Made by a program: the position numbers and the translations under genes. Positions 1 through 9,007 of a stretch of DNA of 64,000 nucleotides are shown here, in pieces. This DNA is from Cenarchaeum sp. GTDB taxonomy: Archaea; Thermoproteota; Nitrososphaeria; Nitrososphaerales; Nitrosopumilaceae. Numbering within the stretch: position 1 is the first letter of the stretch; each line of letters starts with the position of its first letter. The stretch spans positions 1,700,221-1,764,220 of the forward strand of contig OZ243037.1 in the NCBI GenBank assembly GCA_965212015.1. The letters are read 5' to 3'. The notes under the pieces were generated by a model that had not been told where the DNA came from, made no database searches, and saw nothing but the letters and a program-made list of their open reading frames with translations.

Positions 1-1224
1 CGGGTTTTTTACAAACTTGAATGTATCATCTTTGCCATTTATAGTGATTTTGAGGTGTGAATTTTTCTTTTCGATTGTATACAATGGTTCATTTTCGAGT
101 GGCCTTATGTCAATCTCTATCGGATTTTTACCTCCATTCATCATAAATGGCGTGGCATTTTCCAAAAGTTCCCGAGATATCTTTGAGCGTATATTTGGCA
201 CTAGATGTTTTGCCGGAGATGATCCATCAAAATATCCTAGCACTGACTCTATGGATACTGTATCCGCACCCCTGGATCTTGACGAGTGCAATGTCTGCAT
301 GAACATTTTTGATTTACCAAACTCCTCCAAAGCCTCCCGGTATTCGGGACTTTCCTTGATGAATTCACTCTTGCTGAAATTCACCGGAACGTGATCTAGG
401 CTCAGCTCGCCCATAATCATAGAGTTTTCCGGATGTGCTGCAAACCCAAATTTGTCAAATGCTTTTATCAGCCTGTTATTTCGAAACAAATGAATCCCAT
501 AATTCCCTTTTATAGATCGTTTTTTTAACAGTGCTACATAACCGTGAATCTCTTTTCCAAAGGAAAGCTTGATCTTTATTTTTTTCTTGCTGGCCTCCAC
601 AATGGGGGGTTTCTCTGGCATGCACTTGACCGTATTGACATGTATGGAGACCTGTCCGGACTGTAGATATGGAGAATAACGTATCCCGAAACCCTCCTTG
701 AATTTTGAGACCTGATTTGGATACAATGACACGTTTAACTCGGTTACCGTTATCCTTGTCCCGTGCCAGTCCTCTTTTTTGTCCAGTATCTTCTCTGTAA
801 TGGTGAAATTCCGCCAGTTTTTTGATTTGTCTGACAGCCAGTCATTTTCATCATACACCGTCCTGTACTCTTTGCATGATTTTACCTTTGAGGTAGTGAT
901 TGTAAACCTTTTTCCCAGTGACGAGCAGGCACTCTTCATTCCTATTCCAAATCGCCCAAGACTTTGTTCGGATTTTGTATCTTTTGCAATAGTCATTGCA
1001 TTTGTCAGATCGTCTTTGCTCATGCCTTGGCCATCGTCATTCACATGAATCTCTCTTGCCTCAAAGTCCAGACGGACCAGAATTTCCTCCTTTTTGCCTG
1101 GGATTCTTGCATCGATGGAATTATCCAAAAGCTCTGCAATGGCATATTCTGTCCGATACCCAACGAGACCGATCTTTTGTATTAGGGACTTGTCAGGCGT
1201 AATATCAACCTGAATTTTGTTCAT
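1..1224 (-). CDS. MORC-family GHKL ATPase (HATPase_c_3 + S5-like fold), runs off the window edge
   Basis: Not in the ORF track. Manual translation from ATG 1224 is open to position 1: MNKIQVDITPDKSLIQKIGLVGYRTEYAIAELLDNSIDA..VNDDGQGMSKDDL..LGRFGIGMKSACSSLG..HGTRITV..GIHLFRNNRLI..HVPVNFSKSEF. Contains the Bergerat motifs ExxxNxxDA, DxGxGM and GxFGxGxK. Confidence 0.9.
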   Translation of the reverse strand, partial: MNKIQVDITPDKSLIQKIGLVGYRTEYAIAELLDNSIDARIPGKKEEILVRLDFEAREIHVNDDGQGMSKDDLTNAMTIAKDTKSEQSLGRFGIGMKSACSSLGKRFTITTSKVKSCKEYRTVYDENDWLSDKSKNWRNFTITEKILDKKEDWHGTRITVTELNVSLYPNQVSKFKEGFGIRYSPYLQSGQVSIHVNTVKCMPEKPPIVEASKKKIKIKLSFGKEIHGYVALLKKRSIKGNYGIHLFRNNRLIKAFDKFGFAAHPENSMIMGELSLDHVPVNFSKSEFIKESPEYREALEEFGKSKMFMQTLHSSRSRGADTVSIESVLGYFDGSSPAKHLVPNIRSKISRELLENATPFMMNGGKNPIEIDIRPLENEPLYTIEKKNSHLKITINGKDDTFKFVKNP

Positions 1225-1282
1225 AATCTATGAATTTAGATCTAGAATTTAAGCGTTTTTATCGATTTATAGTCATGTACGA

Positions 1283-1308
1283 TTATACGGTACAGCCATA
1301 CCGTATAA
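1283..1308. promoter_or_regulatory. Perfect 10-bp inverted repeat (putative operator) in the divergent MORC/TPR intergenic region
   Basis: TTATACGGTA-cagcca-TACCGTATAA. Confidence 0.45.
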
Positions 1309-1481
1309 CTGGAATATGGGCGATTTTCCGGATTTAACATCATTGCTTAAATATGCAGCCATAAGGGACTGCCAGCCTTGTACCGGCGCATATGCCACAC
1401 AGGCTCCCTGATGCAACCACCGGCAGAAAAGCCCCCCATTTTACCTCAAAAGTTTTATGCCACACAAAATAACCATATCCA

Positions 1482-2309
1482 TTGTCCGAAGACGCCAAAA
1501 CAACACTCGAAAAGGCAGACCAGCTCTTTGAGCATGAAAAATACGAGGCGGCGCTAAAACAGTATAACATTGTGCTAAAGGCCGACCCGGACAACATACC
1601 TGCCATAGTGAGCAAGGACATGGCATGCCTGCATCTCAAGAAAACAAACCCCGCCACACAGAAATTTCTAGACAGAAACAACATGGATCCGCTAACGCTG
1701 TACATTATGGCCGCAAGAATGTTTAGCGACGCAAAGATGCACACAAAGGCAATCGACGCCCTCAGTATAATGGCGGCCATATTCCAGGACAACCATCTGG
1801 TATATCACAACCTGGGAATTGCGTTTGACGCCCATTACTCGGATAGCATGGACGAAAAACTGCTCGATGAGGCCATGCAGTGCTATGATCAGGCGCTAGA
1901 GATAAAGCCGGATTTCACCGATGCCGCACATAACAAGGCGCTCATACTTCAACAGCTGCAAAGGTTTGATCAGGCCATAAAGCACTGCGATAAAGTCCTC
2001 AAGTCGTGCCCGAACGACCCGACGATGCTTGAGCTTAAAGGCGCGACCCTGAACATCATGCACGAGTACAAAAAGGCCATACGGTGCCATAATATGGCGC
2101 TAAAGGCAAAACCCGACTCCATACCTGTCCGATATAACAAGGCCGTGACACTTTACCACCTGGGAAGGATGGAGGAGTCACTCGACATGCTAGACGAGGC
2201 AGGCAGGATAGATCCGAATCTCGCAAACTATGCAAACCTGAGGGAAAACCTGGTAATCCAGCTGGGCTTTAACACCATGAGCGAGTACAAGAGCTATTCC
2301 GGCCGTTAA
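1482..2309 (+). CDS. Tetratricopeptide-repeat protein (paralogue of 4556..5386)
   Basis: Repeated TPR signatures (AMQCYDQALEIKPDFTDAAHNKA; AIKHCDKVLKSCPND; YNKAVTLYHLGRMEESL); TTG start. Confidence 0.9.
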   Translation: MSEDAKTTLEKADQLFEHEKYEAALKQYNIVLKADPDNIPAIVSKDMACLHLKKTNPATQKFLDRNNMDPLTLYIMAARMFSDAKMHTKAIDALSIMAAIFQDNHLVYHNLGIAFDAHYSDSMDEKLLDEAMQCYDQALEIKPDFTDAAHNKALILQQLQRFDQAIKHCDKVLKSCPNDPTMLELKGATLNIMHEYKKAIRCHNMALKAKPDSIPVRYNKAVTLYHLGRMEESLDMLDEAGRIDPNLANYANLRENLVIQLGFNTMSEYKSYSGR

Positions 2310-2361
2310 TGACTGTCGGCGCACAAACGAGCAGTCCAATAAACTTAATTCCCGTGAATAC

Positions 2362-3546
2362 GTGGCACAACTGTTGTCCGAATCAGAAGATCAGACCATA
2401 CAAAGACTGCAACGAGATATCAGGGAGCAACGCAAAGAGCTCAGACAATTACGGCAAAAGGCCAGGAAAGCACACGAAAGAACCGAGCTGGAAAACGACA
2501 GACTATACAAGCAGGAAATGATGCAGAGCACGGGCAAGGGCAATCTCACGGAATGGGACAAATCCCAGCTCTGCGCCGTGATCGAAAAGCTCGACGGTAT
2601 AATTGCCGACAAGAAAAAACTATACATAATAGCAATGATGAGCCGCAAAAAGTTCGATTACCTCCTGGAGGAATTCACAAAAGAGGTCAAAAAACGCCCC
2701 GACGCGCCGGATTTTTTGGGCGACAAATCCCTGCCTGATGACAGGTATATGCTGCGCATAAGGCACGCACTGCTATTGGCACTATTTGAGTGCGCCACTA
2801 GCATGGACCGGGATCTGACCGGCATGACACTCGTCATGAATCCGGATATGGCAGAGAGATATATCGGGTTTGCAAGCGCCATACTGCGAGACATCCTGCC
2901 TACCGCAGCCAGAATCTCCCAAATCATACGGGATGCAAGAACCGTCGATGAAACAAGACACCTGGTTTCAGGAGCAAACGGCGGGGAGATAATATTATAC
3001 GAGACGCACACGCCGCTAGACCGGGAGACAGACGAAGTGCACTATCCCGGCAGGAAAATCACATGTATGATGAGCAGTACAATGGCCCTCAACAGTTCCG
3101 GACTAATCCTTGCGGCGACAATGCCGAGACAGGATTTGACGCACAATCCTGCCATATTAAGTGACGCTCTGGGGCCGCTGAGCCGCATCATGAAGGATCC
3201 GGACGCGCCAGAAACGGACAGGGTAACAATATACGGGGGCGAGGAATATCCCGGCATTGGCGACCTTCCAGGCATTCTCATACACAGGCCTGTAAAGTCA
3301 AAAAACTCTAGACTGAACAGGATTCAGAAAAACGCAGGGCTTGATTATACAAGGGTAAAGACGCGCCTTGCAGAGCGCCTAAACAGGTACAAGGTACTGA
3401 TAAACCCATACAATGACTCTGACGTCGTTTATAACGAGAATCATTCGGTGGTGACGGGACTGGCAAACTTTGAGCTGCTGTGGGATGAAGAGCAGGAGCG
3501 GCCAAAATACGAGCTTTTGCAGCCGGCGTCCAAACAATCAGAGTGA
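2362..3546 (+). CDS. IS5/ISL2-Harbinger-like (DDE_Tnp_4) transposase-derived protein with degenerate catalytic triad and N-terminal coiled coil
   Basis: Motif order matches DDE_Tnp_4, but key acidic residues are replaced: IILYETHTPLDR (vs IDGT..PI.RP), YPGRK (YSGKK), THNPAIL (HD..L), IYGGEEYPG (ADKGY.G), RVKTRLAERLNRYKVL (R..VE..IG.LK.Y.IL). Confidence 0.65.
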   Translation: MAQLLSESEDQTIQRLQRDIREQRKELRQLRQKARKAHERTELENDRLYKQEMMQSTGKGNLTEWDKSQLCAVIEKLDGIIADKKKLYIIAMMSRKKFDYLLEEFTKEVKKRPDAPDFLGDKSLPDDRYMLRIRHALLLALFECATSMDRDLTGMTLVMNPDMAERYIGFASAILRDILPTAARISQIIRDARTVDETRHLVSGANGGEIILYETHTPLDRETDEVHYPGRKITCMMSSTMALNSSGLILAATMPRQDLTHNPAILSDALGPLSRIMKDPDAPETDRVTIYGGEEYPGIGDLPGILIHRPVKSKNSRLNRIQKNAGLDYTRVKTRLAERLNRYKVLINPYNDSDVVYNENHSVVTGLANFELLWDEEQERPKYELLQPASKQSE

Positions 3547-3615
3547 TTCTCACAGGACGGCACTCATTCGGGGTACGGCGGGATCGTTTATTATGGCGTA
3601 CATAAAGACCGAATC

Positions 3616-4443
3616 ATGCACAATACAGTTGCCATAATATGCGACTGCGACGACACCCTGGCGCCGGACACTACAAACTTTTTGCTGGAACAGAACGGAA
3701 TAGATACGGACAAGTTCTGGCACAATATAGACGTCAATTTCACGCAAAAGGGCTGGGATCCCCCGCAGGCGTACCTGGGCGAGATTCTAAGCATGATAAA
3801 GACAGGCAGGATAAAACAAAACACGGCAGCCAAGATGAAGGCGCTTGCAGAAAAAGTCGAGCCGTACAACGGCGTAAACACGTTCATCTCTGAGCTGCAG
3901 GAACGGACATCAAACGATCCCGGATTCATCAGGGCCGGGATAAACATAGAGGGGTATATCATCTCGTCTGGCATAGAGGATTTACTGCGGGGATGCCTGT
4001 TTGCAGGACAGTTCAAGGATGTATTTGCCGGCAATTACGAGGTGGATAATGACGGCAAATATACTGCGATAAAGTCCACCTCCACGTTTACCGAAAAGAC
4101 AAAGTTTCTTTACGCGATAAACAAGGGAATAGACGGCGAAAAACTGCGCAAGTACCCATATCTGGTAAACGACTCTATAGAAAAAAGCCAGAGGAGGATT
4201 CCCTTTGAGAACATGCTGTATATAGGCGACGGCCCGAGTGACATTCCGTGCTTTTCTGCGGTGCGAAGCAACGGCGGCCACTGCATCGGGATAATGGACA
4301 AGAAAAACCCCAAAAAGGCCTACGAGCTGGCCAGCGGAAGGCGGACCAATTACGGGATTTATTCAGGCGACTTTGGGGCCGGCAGCGATCTCCGCCTGAC
4401 CATAGATATCATCCTAGATGAGATAAGAAAAAGGGTCGCGTAA
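3616..4443 (+). CDS. HAD-superfamily hydrolase
   Basis: Motif I DCDDT, motif II ISSG, Lys in EKTKF, motif IV YIGDGPSD. Confidence 0.9.
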   Translation: MHNTVAIICDCDDTLAPDTTNFLLEQNGIDTDKFWHNIDVNFTQKGWDPPQAYLGEILSMIKTGRIKQNTAAKMKALAEKVEPYNGVNTFISELQERTSNDPGFIRAGINIEGYIISSGIEDLLRGCLFAGQFKDVFAGNYEVDNDGKYTAIKSTSTFTEKTKFLYAINKGIDGEKLRKYPYLVNDSIEKSQRRIPFENMLYIGDGPSDIPCFSAVRSNGGHCIGIMDKKNPKKAYELASGRRTNYGIYSGDFGAGSDLRLTIDIILDEIRKRVA

Positions 4444-4555
4444 TCGAATGCCGGCGGGGATCAGACGTAACTGCCGGCCAAAAGGCCTGCGATCAGTGCA
4501 CTGCCGCGGTTTTGGACACCTCAAAGATTTTATGCTAATACGATAACCTAGTCTG

Positions 4556-5386
4556 TTGGACAGCAAGCGGATCCAAAAAATACTCCAAAAGGCAAACAAA
4601 CTGGCCGATCTTGAGGAATACGAGTCTGCGATCAAAAACTATGACATGGTGCTGAAAATAGATCCGGCCAACATAGCTGCCATAGTGTGCAGGGACATGG
4701 CGTGCAGGCCCCTTAAAAAAACCAGCATTCACACGGAGCGTTTTTTCAAGAAATTCGACATGGACCTGCCAACGATGTACCATCTGGGCGCGCAGATGCT
4801 TGTAGAACACAAGGAATATGCGATTGCCATCGACATATTTAATATAGTGGCAGAGATGCGCCCGGAGAACCACCTGGTGCATTTTAACATGGGCGTTGCA
4901 TTCTTTAACTATTCAAAAAAGAAAAAAAAGGACCTGCTTGCAAAGGCGTTAAAGTGCTATGAAAAGTCGTTGAAATTAAAGCCGGATTTTGTCAACGCCG
5001 CACACAACAAGACAGAGGTGCTTTTGTGCCTAAAGCGGTACGATCAGGCGATAAAACACTGCGACGAGCTTCTCGAGACGGACCCGAATGACACCAAGGC
5101 ACTCGAGCAAAAGGCATTTAGTTTTGACTATACGTATGAATACCAAAAGGCCCTAGAGTGCTATGACAGAATGCTAGAGATAAACCCCAAAAACGGGATA
5201 ACCATGTACAACAAGTCCATATCGCTTTCCCACATGCGCAGGACAGAGGAGGCACTAGAGATGCTAGACCGGGCAGTCAGTTTTGAGCCCAGCCTAAAAC
5301 GCAGTACAAGCCTCAGAAAATCGCTGACAGCTCAGCTGGAATACGAGAAATCGCTAAAGTCGCAACCCAACCTGGATTCCTCGTAA
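4556..5386 (+). CDS. Tetratricopeptide-repeat protein (paralogue of 1482..2309)
   Basis: TPR motifs; colinear similarity to 1482..2309 (DMAC..LKKT, NHLV, KPDF..AAHNK, DQAIKHCD). Confidence 0.9.
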   Translation: MDSKRIQKILQKANKLADLEEYESAIKNYDMVLKIDPANIAAIVCRDMACRPLKKTSIHTERFFKKFDMDLPTMYHLGAQMLVEHKEYAIAIDIFNIVAEMRPENHLVHFNMGVAFFNYSKKKKKDLLAKALKCYEKSLKLKPDFVNAAHNKTEVLLCLKRYDQAIKHCDELLETDPNDTKALEQKAFSFDYTYEYQKALECYDRMLEINPKNGITMYNKSISLSHMRRTEEALEMLDRAVSFEPSLKRSTSLRKSLTAQLEYEKSLKSQPNLDSS

Positions 5387-5437
5387 ATTACGGCCGTCCC
5401 GGCATGTACCGTTATGATTGGTGTTATCTGGATGCGG

Positions 5438-5653
5438 TCATCTTCGCTGGCTGTCCTTTTTGTCCCTGCCCTCGACTTTCCTGTGGCATTCGATGCAATA
5501 GATTCTGACGTTTTTCCAGTCATCATCGTGCGACTTGCCGTTTTTGTGGTGGACAGAGAGGCTGACCTCCGGAATCCGCCCTTTACACCTGTCGCATTCT
5601 GCCCTTAGATATCTCAGTATGGCAGTCTGATTGAAGCGCTTTCTGTCTGACAT
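5438..5653 (-). CDS. Small stand-alone HNH endonuclease-domain protein (71 aa)
   Basis: CDRC...VHHKNG..DDWKNVRIYCIECH = CxxC-HH-N-CxxCH; ATG at 5653 preferred over the track start at 5677. Confidence 0.8.
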   Translation of the reverse strand: MSDRKRFNQTAILRYLRAECDRCKGRIPEVSLSVHHKNGKSHDDDWKNVRIYCIECHRKVEGRDKKDSQRR

Positions 5654-5794
5654 TTCACGGATTAATGGATGCGGCAATTATATTCCTTGCCGGAACAGGC
5701 ACGGCTGCTCTGGGAGGCCCCAAAAACCACGCGGCAGTCCTCGCCAATGCAAAAACACCTTTTATAAAATGGGCAAAATCAGGACAGCTGTCAA

Positions 5795-6871
5795 ATGTTC
5801 ATCCTAGAGCTGATTCAGGCCAACCTACTCACCCCGATAATACTGTTCTTTCTGTTCGGGATAATAGCTGCCCGGATAAAGTCCGACCTGAGAATCCCGG
5901 AGGCCATATCGGAATTTCTGCCCATATACCTGCTTGCGGCGATCGGACTACACGGGGGAATCGAGATGAGAAACAACGGCTTTGAGAACATGCTTGTCCC
6001 CATGCTAGTCGCAGTGGGCTTGTCCCTTCTGTTCACCATAAACCACTATCAGATACTGCGCAGGCTGGGAAAATTCAACGTCTTTGACTCTTATGCGCTG
6101 GCATCAACGTACGGCGCAGTGGGTGCAGTGACGTTTTCTGTAGGCCTGTCGTTTCTCAAGAACCAGGGCGTCTCATCGGAGGGCTATCTCACGGCAATCC
6201 TTGCGGTTCTAGAGCCTGCGGCGTTTATCATGGCGATATTTCTCACCAACGTGGCAGTATCCAAGCAGATGCGCGCAAAAAAGCAGTCGCTGCCAGACGG
6301 CATAGACATTGATACGGGGATGCAAAAAAGCAAGACAAGGCTCTCACAGGTATTGCACGAGTCAGTCACCGGCAAGGCCATAGTGATACTTCTTGGCAGC
6401 ATTGTAATTGGGTATATAATCGGCGAGGAGGGCTTTGGGCCGATCAGCATTGTGTTCGACGAGATGTTTGTCGGCGCCATCGTGATATTCATGATAGAGA
6501 TGGGAATAATCGCAGGACAGAGGCTCGATGACATCAAAAAGGTGGGCGTGTTTCTCTCTGCGTTTGCCGTACTGGTGCCCACCTTTAACGGTATAGTGGG
6601 AGTGGTGGTGGCCACCGTAATCGGCCTGAGCCTGGGCGGCTCAGTAATGTTCGGGCTGCTGCTTGCCAGCGCGTCGTTCATTGCCGCACCGGCAGTCCTG
6701 CGCCACGCAATACCTGAGGCAAAGCCGAGCCTGTACATAACGTCGGCGCTTGGAATCACGTTTCCGTACAACATTATAGTGCTGCTGCCCATAATGTTTA
6801 CCGTCTCATCCATGCTGCACGATGCGGGATCGATAGCCTTATTCGGTATAATTACACAGGACGGGACATGA
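5795..6871 (+). CDS. sbtA: Sodium-dependent bicarbonate transporter SbtA family
   Basis: Polytopic membrane protein with KSDLRIP, IYLLAAIGLHGG, YGAVGAVTF, SASFIAAPA and SALGITFPYNI motifs. Confidence 0.9.
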   Translation: MFILELIQANLLTPIILFFLFGIIAARIKSDLRIPEAISEFLPIYLLAAIGLHGGIEMRNNGFENMLVPMLVAVGLSLLFTINHYQILRRLGKFNVFDSYALASTYGAVGAVTFSVGLSFLKNQGVSSEGYLTAILAVLEPAAFIMAIFLTNVAVSKQMRAKKQSLPDGIDIDTGMQKSKTRLSQVLHESVTGKAIVILLGSIVIGYIIGEEGFGPISIVFDEMFVGAIVIFMIEMGIIAGQRLDDIKKVGVFLSAFAVLVPTFNGIVGVVVATVIGLSLGGSVMFGLLLASASFIAAPAVLRHAIPEAKPSLYITSALGITFPYNIIVLLPIMFTVSSMLHDAGSIALFGIITQDGT

Positions 6872-7170
6872 AGCTCTACAACATAAAGCTGCTGACTGTC
6901 ACCTGCGAGATTCTGGCGCAAAAAAACGTAATTGAAATCCTGAAAAGGCACAAGATTACGGGATATACCACCTACGAGGTGGAGGGCAACGGAGCCCGTG
7001 GCATGCGGGGCCGGGGATTCAAGAACGAAAAAAATGCAAAAATCGAGGTAATGATGAGGGAAAACATTCTCTCGGACGTGATAGAAGAGATCTCGCGCAC
7101 GCTGTTTGCCGACTTTGCCCTGGTGCTGTATGTGAGTGACATTGGAATAGTCAGGACCGAAAAGTTCTGA
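6868..7170 (+). CDS. sbtB: PII-like regulator SbtB
   Basis: GYTTYEVEGNGARG T-loop, NAKIEV, C-terminal RTEKF; ATGA overlap with sbtA. Confidence 0.85.
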   Translation: MKLYNIKLLTVTCEILAQKNVIEILKRHKITGYTTYEVEGNGARGMRGRGFKNEKNAKIEVMMRENILSDVIEEISRTLFADFALVLYVSDIGIVRTEKF

Positions 7171-7212
7171 ACGGCAATAGGGCTATAAGCGGGGGTATAT
7201 CACGCATGTTCA

Positions 7213-7341
7213 TTGAGTGATTGCGGCGTCTGCGGGGAGCATTTTGAGGACGAGGTCAGGTTTCTCAACCACATGATGGTAAAACACGGCTTTCGAAACC
7301 CCGAAATCGCAAAGCCCGACAGGAACAGCCGCGGCTACTAG
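7213..7341 (+). CDS. 42-aa single C2H2 zinc-finger microprotein
   Basis: Not in track. TTG start; MSDCGVCGEHFEDEVRFLNHMMVKHGFRNPEIAKPDRNSRGY has exact C-x2-C-x12-H-x4-H spacing; TATAAG at 7184-7189. Confidence 0.7.
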   Translation: MSDCGVCGEHFEDEVRFLNHMMVKHGFRNPEIAKPDRNSRGY

Positions 7342-8864
7342 CCTGACAGGTGCTCTATTATCAGCCTGACTCCAAACCCGGTGGCCCCCTTTGGGTTGTA
7401 CGGCTTTGGCTTTGTAGGGGCCTGCGTCCATGCGGTTCCCGCAATGTCAAGATGCACCCACGGCACGTCGCCTATGGCGTTTTTCAGAAATGCGGCAGCC
7501 GCAATCGTTCCTGCCGCACGTCCTGTCCCCATGTTCTTCATGTCTGCCACACCGGACTTTATCATGTCCATATAGTCTGCGTTTAGGGGCAGCTGCCACA
7601 CCTCTTCTGCCGTCCTGAGCGAAGCTTTCCTTATATTTCCGGCAAGTGAATCGTTATTGCTGACCATTCCGGCCACGTTTGTGCCGAGTGCCACAATGCA
7701 CGCCCCGGTGAGCGTGGCAAAGTCTATCATCTCTTTTGGTTTGTAATGTTTTTCCCCGTACGCCATGGCATCGGCAAGTATTAGCCTGCCTTCTGCGTCC
7801 GTGTTGAGTATCTCTGCTGTCTTGCCGCTGTACAGTCTTATAATGTCGCCCGGCCTGTACGACTCGCCGCCGGGCATGTTCTCCACTGCCGGTATTATCC
7901 CCACAATGTTCTTTTGGATTCCCAGATTAGCCGCCGTTTTCATTATTCCAAGGACCGTGCAGCCGCCGCACTTGTCAAACTTCATCTCGTCCATCTTTTC
8001 TCCGGGCTTTAGGGATATGCCGCCGGTGTCAAACGTTACTGCCTTGCCCACCAGTATAGTCGGCTTTTGCCTGCCGGCCCCCTTGTATTCCATTATGATC
8101 AATACCGGCTCGTTTTTGCTTCCGCGGCCCACAGCAGAGATTCCGCCAAACCCTCTTTTTTGCAGCTCGGCCTTGCCGAGAATCCTGCATTTTAGCTTTG
8201 TGCCTGCGCACATTTTTTTTGCAATCCTTCCAAGTGCGTCCGGCGTGCACTCGTTTGGCGGCATGTTTCCAAGATCCTTTGCAAACATCACGCCTTCTGA
8301 TATCCTTGCTGCCGTGCGCACGGCCTCTGTAATCTTTGGCGACTTTGGCGCAAGGATGGTAATCTTTGGCAGTGCCTGTTTTTTTCCAGACTTGTAAACA
8401 TTATACGAATACAGGGACAGCCTTGCGCCCTCCGTTATTTGTGATGCTGCCAGTGCTTCATCGCACATGCCGGCCGGCAGCATGATTGAAAAATCCACCA
8501 GGTTCATCTCTTGGGCTTTTTTTGCAATCATTCCCGAGACAAACCGGAGCGTGTCACTTGTAATGTTCTTTTTTGCGCCAAGGCCTGCGGCCATGATCCT
8601 TTTGGCGGGCATTTCCCCGAGCGTGTTGAACGTGGCAATCTTGCCCATCTTTCCGCGCATCTCACCTGCGGCATCCCGTATGGCGCGCTTGACTGCCGGG
8701 CTGACCCCGTCTAGTCCGATTATACTGTCCGTGCCCTCTAGGACAAACCCGCATAGCGCGGCAGTCTTTATTTTGGCCGGATTAGTGGAGTCTGTGGCTA
8801 TCCTGTGAATCTTTGTAGCCGGGAACGGCGTCTTTGTCATGCCTTTGGACACAGTATCCCACAT
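7338..8864 (-). CDS. pepA: Leucyl aminopeptidase (M17)
   Basis: VGKAVTFDTGG, MKFDKCG, NTDAEGRL, ATLTGA, HLDIAG; the true start may be further downstream (e.g. 8840). Confidence 0.95.
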   Translation of the reverse strand: MWDTVSKGMTKTPFPATKIHRIATDSTNPAKIKTAALCGFVLEGTDSIIGLDGVSPAVKRAIRDAAGEMRGKMGKIATFNTLGEMPAKRIMAAGLGAKKNITSDTLRFVSGMIAKKAQEMNLVDFSIMLPAGMCDEALAASQITEGARLSLYSYNVYKSGKKQALPKITILAPKSPKITEAVRTAARISEGVMFAKDLGNMPPNECTPDALGRIAKKMCAGTKLKCRILGKAELQKRGFGGISAVGRGSKNEPVLIIMEYKGAGRQKPTILVGKAVTFDTGGISLKPGEKMDEMKFDKCGGCTVLGIMKTAANLGIQKNIVGIIPAVENMPGGESYRPGDIIRLYSGKTAEILNTDAEGRLILADAMAYGEKHYKPKEMIDFATLTGACIVALGTNVAGMVSNNDSLAGNIRKASLRTAEEVWQLPLNADYMDMIKSGVADMKNMGTGRAAGTIAAAAFLKNAIGDVPWVHLDIAGTAWTQAPTKPKPYNPKGATGFGVRLIIEHLSG

Positions 8865-8940
8865 TTATTTCCCATTCCATGCCTGTCCTGCTTTTTCAGG
8901 GCCGTGCGGCGGTGGAATCGTGGGTGATTTTTAGTCAAAC

Positions 8941-9007
8941 GAGATGATATTATATGTATCATAACATCTCACATTGTGAGAGTATATTATATATATCATA
9001 ATATCTC
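8941..9007. repeat. Two imperfect direct copies of a 30-bp AT-rich quasi-palindrome (37-bp period)
   Basis: GAGATGATATTATATGTATCATAACATCTC (8941-8970) and GAGAGTATATTATATATATCATAATATCTC (8978-9007). Confidence 0.7.

Noticed and set aside
17-1202. Plus-strand ORFs in the track
   Set aside because: They are antisense shadows of the minus-strand MORC ATPase.
8941-9007. 30-bp repeats as a mini-CRISPR
   Set aside because: Only two degenerate copies separated by 7 bp.
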